Shown: positions 1 to 8,189 of the stretch, in pieces
Numbering within the stretch: the stretch's first letter is position 1
How the letters are laid out: every line of letters starts with the position of its first letter
Notes under the pieces: model-generated
Database searches by the model: none
The model's input: the letters and a program-made list of their open reading frames with translations, nothing else
Told to the model about the DNA's origin: nothing
Made by a program: the position numbers and the translations under genes
Assembly: GCA_033551855.1 (NCBI GenBank)
Contig: JAWSUI010000037.1
Location: forward strand, 1 to 36,549
Length of the DNA stretch: 36,549 nt
DNA from: Deferrisomatales bacterium
GTDB taxonomy: Bacteria; Desulfobacterota; Deferrisomatia; Deferrisomatales; JACRMM01
Direction: 5' to 3'

Positions 1-614
1 GGGGGGGGCCGCCGGCCGCAGGCGGAGCCGTGTTCGTGGCTGCAGCCTGCCTGGCGTGGGCGGTGGACAACAATCTGACACGGCGAGTGGCTGCCGGCGA
101 CCCCCTGCAGGTGGCGGGGGTGAAGGGGCTTGCGGCGGGTGCGGTGAGCCTCGTGCTCGGGCGGTGGGCGGGGGGAGAGCTGCCGGGCCCCGGCGCGGCC
201 GCTGCCGCCGGTGCGGTGGGTCTGGTGACCTACGGCGTGAGCCTCGCCTTCTTCGTCCTCGCCCTGCGGCACCTCGGGGCGGCGCGCACGGTCGGGTACT
301 TCTCGGTAGCCCCGTTCGTCGGCGCCGGGCTGTCCCTCCTGCTTCCCGGGGAGGGAGTGACGGCGGCTCTTCTCGCCGGGGGGGCTCTCACCGCTTGGGG
401 TGTGTGGCTCCATCTGACGGAGCGCCACCCCCATGAGCACAAGCACACGCCCGACGTCCACGAGCACTCCCACCGGCACGGGGAGCACCACCGGCACCCT
501 CACCCCCAGGGGTCGACCGGGGAGAGGGTTCACGCCCACCCGCACGCCCACACCCGGTTGCTGCACCGCCACCCCCACTATCCCGACCTGCACCACCGTC
601 ACCGTCATCGCTGA
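1..614 (+). CDS. DMT/EamA-family transporter with His-rich C-terminal tail (5'-truncated by window edge)
   Basis: Hydrophobic EamA-like helices (WAVDNNLTRR, YGVSL...ALRHLGAART..YFSVAPFVG) followed by a ~67-aa tail with 24 His ending HPHYPDLHHRHRHR. Confidence 0.85.
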   Translation, partial: GGPPAAGGAVFVAAACLAWAVDNNLTRRVAAGDPLQVAGVKGLAAGAVSLVLGRWAGGELPGPGAAAAAGAVGLVTYGVSLAFFVLALRHLGAARTVGYFSVAPFVGAGLSLLLPGEGVTAALLAGGALTAWGVWLHLTERHPHEHKHTPDVHEHSHRHGEHHRHPHPQGSTGERVHAHPHAHTRLLHRHPHYPDLHHRHRHR

Positions 615-747
615 AAGGCATCCGGCTGCGCGGCCCCCGAACCCGGCATCGCGCGGCGAACTGAGGTTTCTTCGGTAAACGACCGGGTGGGCCCGCCCAC
701 TCCGGCAGACGATGCCGGGCTCCACGGTGGGAGCGCTCCGGCGCCGC

Positions 748-943
748 ATCCGGAATCCTCGCGATGTTGCGGCTCCCAAGCAGCTGCTCCCGTCGAGCGG
801 CCGTCCGCCTGCGTGGTCGGGCCCACCCGATCGTGCTTGGAGACGAGTACCCGGTCATTCCCCGGATGGGCCAGAATTGACCCCCTGGGCCCCTTCCCCC
901 AGAATGGGTTGCACTCCCCGCGGCCGCCGTTGGCCGGATTCGG
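748..943 (+). repeat. Degenerate copy D of dispersed TIR-bounded intergenic element
   Basis: Left end atccggaatcc (748-758); gcctgcgtggtcgggccc (807-824) matches copy C at 16/18; agacgagtacccgg resembles the copy A core; right end tggccggattcgg. Length is similar to the other copies but the sequence is much decayed. Confidence 0.4.
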
Positions 944-950
944 AGGCCCC

Positions 951-1289
951 GTGAAGGAAGACGATCGCCCATCGCCGGACCTGTTCTTCTTCGCCGCCGC
1001 AGACGAAGTGGACCTCGCCCGGGAGAAGGCCAAGGCCCGGGAGTTGCGCCAGTCCCAGTGGTGGAAGCGTCGTCGTTCCTCCGGTCGCTGCCACTACTGC
1101 GGGTGTGCCGTCCCCCCACGGGAGCTCACCATGGATCACGTCGTGCCCCTGATCCGCGGTGGGAAGAGCGTCAAGGGCAACGTCGTGCCCTGCTGCCACG
1201 AGTGCAACGCCAAGAAGAGGTATCTCCTGCCGCTGGAGTGGGAGGAGTACCTGGAGAAGCTCGCTCGGGGCGACGGCGGGGGGACGTGA
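951..1289 (+). CDS. Small HNH endonuclease (112 aa)
   Basis: CHYC...TMDHVVPLIRGG...NVVPCCHECN motif (CxxC/DH/N/CxxCN); GTG at 951 preceded by GGAGG (942-946). Confidence 0.9.
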   Translation: MKEDDRPSPDLFFFAAADEVDLAREKAKARELRQSQWWKRRRSSGRCHYCGCAVPPRELTMDHVVPLIRGGKSVKGNVVPCCHECNAKKRYLLPLEWEEYLEKLARGDGGGT

Positions 1290-1396
1290 CGGCAGCCGTC
1301 GAGGGTTCTCAGGCGCACCGGAGCGGGTCGCGGGTGGCGCGCCGTCGCCCATGGGACTCCCGACCCCGTGCCCCTGGGAGGCGGTGGATCGCGGCG

Positions 1397-1607
1397 GCCC
1401 GGATTCCACGATCACATTCTCCGGCGGGGCCGGGAAGCCATGGAGCGCAGCCCCGCACCGGCTGGACCGACCCGCCGAGTCCGGCGTAAACGAGTGAAAC
1501 CCGGCGCGCCGGGTCCCGCCGGGACACCTCCTCGCATGGCCGCGGATTGCGGGGCGGAGCCGAGGGGCTCCCCAGCTCCGCCCTGCTCCGAGACGGGGAA
1601 TCCGGGC
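1397..1607 (+). repeat. Copy A of dispersed TIR-bounded intergenic element (MITE-like or structured RNA)
   Basis: TIR gcccggattccacg (1397-1410) / cggggaatccgggc (1594-1607), 13/14 match; core acgagtgaaacccggc...gccgggacacc aligns over ~150 nt with copies B and C. Confidence 0.8.
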
Positions 1608-1684
1608 GGCGGCGCCTGCTTTTCCCCACCTTGCAATTATGTTACCGTAGATGGTGCAAATTTCCCTGCTTCGGAGGCCCGGTC

Positions 1685-4435
1685 GTGCAAAGGAAACTTC
1701 CCCTCTTCGCGCTGGCGCTGGCCGTTCTCCTCTTCGGTCTGGTGCAGGCGTTTCCCGGGTCGACCGGCTCGAGCGGCCCGGCTGCCTTCCATTCACTCGG
1801 GGACCCGTTTCCCCGGATCGTCCACCAGGTCTTCTACCACGTCGAGAAGAAATACGTGGCGCCGGAGCGCGCGTCTCCGAGAGGGCTCGTCGAAGGGGCG
1901 CTGCGCGCCCTGGAGACGCAGTATCCGGAGGTGCTGGTGGACTTCGACGAGGCGGCGGGCGCCGCCCGGGTGCGGGTCGATGAGGCGGAAAGGACCTTCG
2001 ACCTCTCTCCTGCGGCACGCTTCAGTGTCGCGGCCGACGTGCTCAACACCGCGCTCCCCTTCGTCAGCACCCATCTCGGGCCGGGGGTGGACCGAAGCGA
2101 GCTGTACTACGTCGCCCTCAACGGCGCGCTCGGGGTTCTCGACCCCCACTCCAACGCCCTGAGCCCCAAGCACTTCAGGGAGTTCATGATCGGAACGCGG
2201 GGCAGCTTCGGGGGCATCGGTTTCGTCTTCGGAATCCGCGACGGTGACATGACCATCATCACCCCCATCGAAGGGACTCCGGCGGATCGGGCCGGCCTGC
2301 GCAGCGGAGACCGGATCCTCCTGATCGACGGGGAGCCCACCATCAACATGCCCGTCGACGTCGCGGCGAACAAGATGCGGGGGGAGCCCGGAACCCAGGT
2401 GGTCCTCACGATCTCCAGGGAGCAGTGGCCCGAGCCCCGAGAGATCCCCTTCACTCGGGAGGTCATCCACGTTGAAAGCGTCGAGAGCTACGTGCTGGGG
2501 GGAGCCCAGGAGCCGGTGCTCTACGTGAAGGTGAAGAACTTCCAGAAGGACACCACGGACGAGCTTCGCAAGGCCGTGAAGGCTGCGGAGGCGGCCAATC
2601 CCGACCTCAGGGGGATCGTCCTCGACCTCCGGAACAACCCAGGGGGGCTCCTGGAGCAGGCCGTGAAGCTCTCCGACGGCTTCCTGGATTCCGGTGTGAT
2701 CGTCTCCACCAGGGGCCCCGAGAAGGACGCGAATTCCCGGGCCGAAGCCAAACGGGGTAACCTGATTACCCGCAGGCCGGTGGTGGTGCTGGTGAACCAG
2801 GGAAGCGCCTCGGCCTCGGAGATTGTCACCGGCGCCCTCCGGGAGTCCCGGGCCCTGGTGATCGGGCAGAAGACCTTCGGCAAGGGTTCCGTCCAGAAGC
2901 TCTATCCACTCACGGACGGCGGAGCCCTCAAGCTCACCGTCGCGCAGTACCTGACCCCCGGAGACGTCTCGATCCAGTCGATCGGGGTGCAGCCCGATAT
3001 TTCCGTGTACCCCGTCCAGGCCGAGACGGGCAGGGCGCGCATCGGTCCTGCGCCGAGCCACGTGGAGGAGGCGGATTTCGAGAACGCGTTCCGGGAGTGG
3101 GGAAACTCCGCCCACTTCCAGGGCGCCGAGGTCCCGTACTACGAGGCCGCCGGGGCCGAGGAAGGCGAGCGAAGCTTTGCGGAGTTGAGCCGGGAGGAAA
3201 AACTGGCCCGGCTCGAGACGGATTTCCCCTTGCGGCTCGCCCGGCGGGTCCTGTCCCGTACAAAGCCTGCGGAGCTGCCGCGGACGCGGGCCGCCTTGCT
3301 CGAGGCGGCCGCGCCGGTGCTCGAGCAGGTGCGGGCCGAGGAGGATCGCAGGATCTCCGCCGCCCTGCAGGACCTGGGTGTGGACTGGACCCAGGGCCCG
3401 GCGGTACCGGAGGGCGAGCTCGTGGTGGAGGCAGGGCCCGAGGTGCGCCTCGAAGGAGGTGGGGAGGGCGAGGTGACATTGTCCGTCCGGAACACCGGGG
3501 TGAGCCCGGCGTACCGGGTGTGGGGGCGGAGCGAGTCGGACAACCCTCTGCTGCGGAATCTCGATTTCGTCTTCGGCACGGTGGGCCCGGGGGAGACACG
3601 CTCCTGGTCGGGCCGGATCTCCGTGCCCCGGGGAGCCCTGGACCGTTGGGACACCATGAGGCTGGCTCTCCGGCAGGGGGAGGGGGCAGCGGCGGGTGAG
3701 GGACTGGCAAAGGTTCGGATGGCGGCGGCGCCCCGGCCGGAGTTTGCCTACGTCTATGAGCTGTCGGACGAGAATGTCGAGGATCGCTCCCGGTCCGGTG
3801 ACGGAATCCTGGAGGAGGGAGAGCGGGCCCGGCTCCTGGTGCGGGTCATCAACCGCGGCGGGGTAGCAAGCCAAGCGGTGGAAGTGAACATCCGGGGAGA
3901 CGAGAAGGAGCAGCTCTACCTGGAGACGGCGCGCCGCCGCATCGAGGGGCTGGAAGCCGGTGCGTCCGCCGAGGCTGCCATGGTGTTTCGCCTGGTGAAG
4001 GCGGACGACGAGGGGAAGGTTTCGGTCATCCTGAGTCTTGCGGATCGCGAGTACGGGAGTTTCTTCTCCGACACCTTGGTGTTCGAGGCGGGCCGGCCGT
4101 ACCAGGCCCGGGATACACGCAAGCCGCCGGTCTTGGACTTCGAGACGGCGCCCCCTCTGCGGACCTCACAGGAGTCGGTCGTGCTCGAGATCCAGGTCAC
4201 GGACGACGAGGAGGTCAAGGAGTTCTATGCCTATCTGGGAGACAAGCAGATTGCCTACGAGCGAAACCGAGAGGGTGGGAGGAAGCTCCCGGTCCGCTTG
4301 GAGGTCTCCCTCGAAAAGGGCTCCAATCGTATCGTGCTCGCGGCCCGGGATCAGAAGGACCTGCAGACCAATCGGACGCTGTTCATCTACCGGAAGGACG
4401 GCGCCCCCGACAACCCGGGCCTGGGGATGCGGTAG
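1685..4435 (+). CDS. Long S41 (tail-specific/CtpA-like) serine peptidase, MXAN_5808-like, with PDZ domain and C-terminal beta-rich/Ig-like extensions
   Basis: Signal/anchor helix; PDZ (FGGIG..PIEGTPADRAGLRSGD); LDLRNNPGGLL, SASASEI (catalytic Ser), TFGKGSVQ (catalytic Lys); GTG 1685 after GGAGG. Confidence 0.9.
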   Translation: MQRKLPLFALALAVLLFGLVQAFPGSTGSSGPAAFHSLGDPFPRIVHQVFYHVEKKYVAPERASPRGLVEGALRALETQYPEVLVDFDEAAGAARVRVDEAERTFDLSPAARFSVAADVLNTALPFVSTHLGPGVDRSELYYVALNGALGVLDPHSNALSPKHFREFMIGTRGSFGGIGFVFGIRDGDMTIITPIEGTPADRAGLRSGDRILLIDGEPTINMPVDVAANKMRGEPGTQVVLTISREQWPEPREIPFTREVIHVESVESYVLGGAQEPVLYVKVKNFQKDTTDELRKAVKAAEAANPDLRGIVLDLRNNPGGLLEQAVKLSDGFLDSGVIVSTRGPEKDANSRAEAKRGNLITRRPVVVLVNQGSASASEIVTGALRESRALVIGQKTFGKGSVQKLYPLTDGGALKLTVAQYLTPGDVSIQSIGVQPDISVYPVQAETGRARIGPAPSHVEEADFENAFREWGNSAHFQGAEVPYYEAAGAEEGERSFAELSREEKLARLETDFPLRLARRVLSRTKPAELPRTRAALLEAAAPVLEQVRAEEDRRISAALQDLGVDWTQGPAVPEGELVVEAGPEVRLEGGGEGEVTLSVRNTGVSPAYRVWGRSESDNPLLRNLDFVFGTVGPGETRSWSGRISVPRGALDRWDTMRLALRQGEGAAAGEGLAKVRMAAAPRPEFAYVYELSDENVEDRSRSGDGILEEGERARLLVRVINRGGVASQAVEVNIRGDEKEQLYLETARRRIEGLEAGASAEAAMVFRLVKADDEGKVSVILSLADREYGSFFSDTLVFEAGRPYQARDTRKPPVLDFETAPPLRTSQESVVLEIQVTDDEEVKEFYAYLGDKQIAYERNREGGRKLPVRLEVSLEKGSNRIVLAARDQKDLQTNRTLFIYRKDGAPDNPGLGMR

Positions 4436-4456
4436 AACGGCGCTGAAACGTCCACG

Positions 4457-5347
4457 ATGACAGGGCCTGCCATCTCACGGTCGGGGTTTGTAGGCCTGCT
4501 GGGCCGGCCGAACGTGGGCAAGTCCACCCTGCTCAACCGCCTCCTCGGCCAAAAGATCGCCATCGCGAGCTCCAAGCCCCAGACCACGCGGAACCGGCTG
4601 GCGGGGGTCCTCAATCGGGGACCGGTGCAGATGGTGTTCTTCGACACTCCCGGGGTTCACGAAAGGGCCAAGCTCATCAACCGGTTCATGGTCCGGGAGG
4701 CGCTGTCCTGCCTCCCCGACGTGGATGCCGTGGTCTTGCTGGTGGACGCCGCCGAGGGGGTGCGAGGCGACGACCGAGCCTTGGCGGCCCGGCTGCGGTC
4801 CTCTCCCGTGCCCGTCTTGTTGGCCGTCAACAAGGTGGACATCGGCACGGCGACCACGGAAGTCTTTGTGGACCTGCTCCCGTTTCACTCGTGTCATCGC
4901 CTCTCGGCCGTTACCGGTGAGGGTGTGGAGGGACTCCTGGAGACGCTGGCAGCCCTGCTGCCGGAAGGACCCGAGTATTATCCCGAGGATATGCTCACGG
5001 ACCGCAGCGAGCGCTTCATCGCCCAGGAGTTCATCCGGGAGAAGGTCTTCGAGTTGATGGGCGAGGAGATCCCCTACAGCGCGGCGGTCACGGTGGAGAG
5101 CTGGGAGGAGAGGGACCACGGCCTGGTGGTCGTCCACGCGACGATCCACGTGGAGCGCGAGAGTCAGAAGGGGATGGTGATCGGGAAGGGTGGGGGGCTG
5201 ATCCGGGAGGTGGGGCGCCGGGCTCGGCTGGATCTGGAGGCACTGCTGGGGGTGCGGGTGTTCCTGGACTTGCACGTGAGCGTGGACAAGAACTGGACCA
5301 AGGATCCCCGAGGCCTGCGGCGCTACGGGTACGAGGTGGAGCCGTGA
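4457..5347 (+). CDS. era: GTPase Era
   Basis: GRPNVGKSTLLN, KPQTTR, DTPG, NKVD; KH domain EEIPYS...SQKGMVIGKGG. Confidence 0.97.
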   Translation: MTGPAISRSGFVGLLGRPNVGKSTLLNRLLGQKIAIASSKPQTTRNRLAGVLNRGPVQMVFFDTPGVHERAKLINRFMVREALSCLPDVDAVVLLVDAAEGVRGDDRALAARLRSSPVPVLLAVNKVDIGTATTEVFVDLLPFHSCHRLSAVTGEGVEGLLETLAALLPEGPEYYPEDMLTDRSERFIAQEFIREKVFELMGEEIPYSAAVTVESWEERDHGLVVVHATIHVERESQKGMVIGKGGGLIREVGRRARLDLEALLGVRVFLDLHVSVDKNWTKDPRGLRRYGYEVEP

Positions 5348-6684
5348 TCGTCGCCATCGTGGGCCGGCCCAACGTGGGCAAGTCCACCCTCTTCAACCGC
5401 CTCGTCGGACGGCGTCAGGCGATCGTGGAAGACGTGCCCGGAGTGACGCGGGACCGACATTACGCCGAGGTGGAGTGGGGCCCCCGCCGCTTTCACTTGG
5501 TGGATACGGGGGGGCTCGAGACGGATGCGGGGGACGAGCTCATCACCCTCACCAGTCGACAGGCCCGTTACGCCGTGGAGGAGGCCGACCTCATCCTGTT
5601 CGTGGCGGACGTGCGCCAGGGGCTGCTGCCCGCCGACCGGGATATCGGCCGCTACCTGCGGCAGCGGTCCAAGGACGTGATCCTCGTGGTGAACAAGGTG
5701 GACGGCCCCACCACGGAGTCCGCCGCCCTTGAGTTCCACGACACGGGGTTCCCGGACGTCATCCCGGTCTCGGCGGAGCACGGCCGCGGGGTGGGGGAGC
5801 TGGTCGGCGCCGTGGAGGAGCGGGTCCCGGTCTCCGCGCCCCGTCCCCACGCCGAGGACGAGGCCGTGCGGGTGGCTGTGCTCGGCCGGCCCAACGTAGG
5901 CAAGAGCTCCCTCGTCAACCGCCTCCTCGGGGAGGAGCGCCTCGCCGTCAGTGCCGCGGCCGGAACCACCCGGGATCCCATCGACACCCAGGTCCGCGCC
6001 TTCGGCCGCGACTACGTGCTCATCGACACCGCGGGCATCCGCCGCAAGACGCGGGTGGAGGCGGGTGCGGAGCGGTGGAGCGCGCTCCGCGCCATCCGCG
6101 CCATCGACCGTGCCCACGTGTGCCTGATCCTGATCGACGCCACCGAGGGGTTCACCGACCAGGATGCACGGATACTCAACCTGGCCCAGAAGGGGGGACG
6201 GGGGGCCGTGCTCGTGTTCAACAAGTGGGACGCGGCGGCCAAGGACGCGAAGACCTTCGACCGCGCGGCCAAGGAGTTGCGGGCCCGGCTCGGGCCCCAC
6301 GGCCACGTGCCCATCCTGAGCCTGTCGGCACTGACGGGCCAACGTGTTCCCAAGGTCTTCGAGGCAGTGCAACGGGTGCACGCCGAATGGGTCAAGCGGG
6401 TGCCCACCTCCCAGGTGAACGCCTTCCTCGAGGCGGCTCTGCGGGAGCTGGCCCCCCCCGTCGTCGGGGGCAAGCGCACCCGGATCTACTACATGACTCA
6501 GGTGACCACGGCCCCCCCCCGGTTTGCCGCCTTCGCCAGCCACGGGGCCGGTGTCCCTGTGTCCTACGAGCGGTTCCTGGTGAATCGGCTCCGGAATGTC
6601 TTCGGGTTCGAGGGGGTTCCCCTCACGATTCGTTTTCGCAGCAGGTCTCGGCCGGGGGACGGGGCGGGGGGCGAGGCCCGGTAG
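5344..6684 (+). CDS. der: Ribosome biogenesis GTPase Der (EngA)
   Basis: Two tandem G domains (GRPNVGKST/DTGG/NKVD and GRPNVGKSS/DTAG/NKWD) plus KH-like end (FGFEGVP); GTGA overlap with era. Confidence 0.97.
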   Translation: MIVAIVGRPNVGKSTLFNRLVGRRQAIVEDVPGVTRDRHYAEVEWGPRRFHLVDTGGLETDAGDELITLTSRQARYAVEEADLILFVADVRQGLLPADRDIGRYLRQRSKDVILVVNKVDGPTTESAALEFHDTGFPDVIPVSAEHGRGVGELVGAVEERVPVSAPRPHAEDEAVRVAVLGRPNVGKSSLVNRLLGEERLAVSAAAGTTRDPIDTQVRAFGRDYVLIDTAGIRRKTRVEAGAERWSALRAIRAIDRAHVCLILIDATEGFTDQDARILNLAQKGGRGAVLVFNKWDAAAKDAKTFDRAAKELRARLGPHGHVPILSLSALTGQRVPKVFEAVQRVHAEWVKRVPTSQVNAFLEAALRELAPPVVGGKRTRIYYMTQVTTAPPRFAAFASHGAGVPVSYERFLVNRLRNVFGFEGVPLTIRFRSRSRPGDGAGGEAR

Positions 6685-6754
6685 GAGGACGGCGGCCGCG
6701 GCCCCGGAAGGCCTGCCCCGGCGCGAGGTGTGCGATCCGACAGAAGGACATCGG

Positions 6755-7954
6755 GTGAGCGAGTGCGATGCCGTGCCGTCGGTGACGGTGCAGGAGCTCC
6801 GAGAACGTGCGGCCCGGTTCCAGGTGCACCTCGCTGCCGAGGGTCTGGCCGGGGCGGTCCTGGTGCAGAACGTGGACCGCTACTACTTCTCGGGAACCAT
6901 GCAGGCCGGGTATGTGGTGGTCCCGGTGGAGGGGGATCCCCTCGTCCTCGTGCGGCGGGATCCCGACCGCGCCGGCCGGGAGAGCCCCCTGCCGGTGCAG
7001 GCCCTCGGAAGCTTGCGGGACCTGGCCGGTCGGATCCGAGCGTCCCTGGGCGAGCTCCCATCCCCCGTGGGCGTGGAGGAGGACGTGCTTCCGGCGACCC
7101 AACGAAACCGCCTGGAGGCTCTCCTTGCCGGGGTCGAGCTCCGGGACGCCTCCCGGGCGATCCAGCGGACCCGGGCCGTGAAGAGCCCCTGGGAGGTGGA
7201 GCGCATTCGGGAGGCCGCCCGGGCGGTAGCGGAAGCGGTGGAGACGGTTCCCCGCTACCTCTTTCCCGGGGTGTCCGAGCTGGAGCTCTCGGCCCGCGTG
7301 GAGTGCGAGCTTCGGCTGCGGGGTCACGGAGGCCTGGTGAGGATGAGAGGGTTCAACCAGGAGCTCTTCTTCGGACACGTCATGGCGGGGGCGGCCGCCG
7401 CGCAGCCGTCCTTTCTGGATGCTCCCACCGGAGGGCTCGGGGCGGCGCCGGCCCTGGCCCAGGGGGCGAGCCGCCGGCCCATCCGGCCCGGGGACCCGGT
7501 GGTGGTGGACCTCGTGGGAAACAGCGCCGGGTACCTCTCGGACCAGACACGGATCTTCTCCTTGGGAGAGCCCCGGGAGCCCTTTGGTCGGGCCTTCGAG
7601 GCGGCTCTGGCGGTGGAGCGGGCCGTGGTCGAAGCGGCCCGGCCGGGAGTGCCGGCCTCCCGACTCTACGAGGCGGCGCTGGAGGCGGCTGCCGCCTCTC
7701 CCTTCGCCGGGCACTTCATGGGGGAGGTCCAGAGGGTGAGCTTCGTGGGGCACGGCATCGGGCTGGAGGTCGACGAGCTCCCGTTCCTGGCCCGTGGATT
7801 CGATGCGCCCCTCGAGGAAGGCATGGTGTTCGCCGTGGAGCCGAAGTTCGTGTTCGCCGGCAGGGGGGTGGTGGGGATCGAGGACACGTTTCGGGTGGGT
7901 GCCGACGGCGCGGAACGGCTCACCCCGTCGCCCCAAGTGCTCACCGTGGTGTGA
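6755..7954 (+). CDS. Xaa-Pro peptidase family (M24B) metallopeptidase
   Basis: Creatinase_N-like N-terminus, RAVKSPWEV linker, full D-D-H-E-E ligand set (VVDLVG, YLSDQTR, GHGIGL, AVEPK, GIEDT); start estimated at GTG 6755 after AAGGA. Confidence 0.9.
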   Translation: MSECDAVPSVTVQELRERAARFQVHLAAEGLAGAVLVQNVDRYYFSGTMQAGYVVVPVEGDPLVLVRRDPDRAGRESPLPVQALGSLRDLAGRIRASLGELPSPVGVEEDVLPATQRNRLEALLAGVELRDASRAIQRTRAVKSPWEVERIREAARAVAEAVETVPRYLFPGVSELELSARVECELRLRGHGGLVRMRGFNQELFFGHVMAGAAAAQPSFLDAPTGGLGAAPALAQGASRRPIRPGDPVVVDLVGNSAGYLSDQTRIFSLGEPREPFGRAFEAALAVERAVVEAARPGVPASRLYEAALEAAAASPFAGHFMGEVQRVSFVGHGIGLEVDELPFLARGFDAPLEEGMVFAVEPKFVFAGRGVVGIEDTFRVGADGAERLTPSPQVLTVV

Positions 7955-7964
7955 GGAGGGTCCC

Positions 7965-8189
7965 GTGGGCGGCTGGAGTCGGGGCAAACTTCGGCAGTGG
8001 TGGTGGATCGCGTTCGTCCTGGGCGCGTTCATGATCAACTACCCCTTCCTCCACATCTTCAACCGGCCGGTCCAGATCTTGGGGTTTCCCCTCCTCGTGG
8101 TGTACTTCTTCGTGGGTTGGGCCGGGAGCATCGCGGTCATCGGCCTCTACGTCTGGGCCCTGGGCCGAGCCCCACCCGAGGAGGAGTAG
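7965..8189 (+). CDS. Small two-helix membrane protein (74 aa), probable accessory of the SLC5/SSS-domain kinase
   Basis: GGAGG SD, two hydrophobic segments (NYPFLHIFN..ILGFPLLVVYFF..W); its stop abuts the next ATG (TAGATG). Confidence 0.75.
   Translation: MGGWSRGKLRQWWWIAFVLGAFMINYPFLHIFNRPVQILGFPLLVVYFFVGWAGSIAVIGLYVWALGRAPPEEE

Noticed and set aside
951..1289. IscB/Cas9-like RNA-guided nuclease
   Set aside because: Only 112 aa, with no PLMP or RuvC motifs.
1391..1614. Target-site duplication gcggcg flanking copy A
   Set aside because: Low-complexity GC motif, offset ambiguous and not mirrored at copy B.
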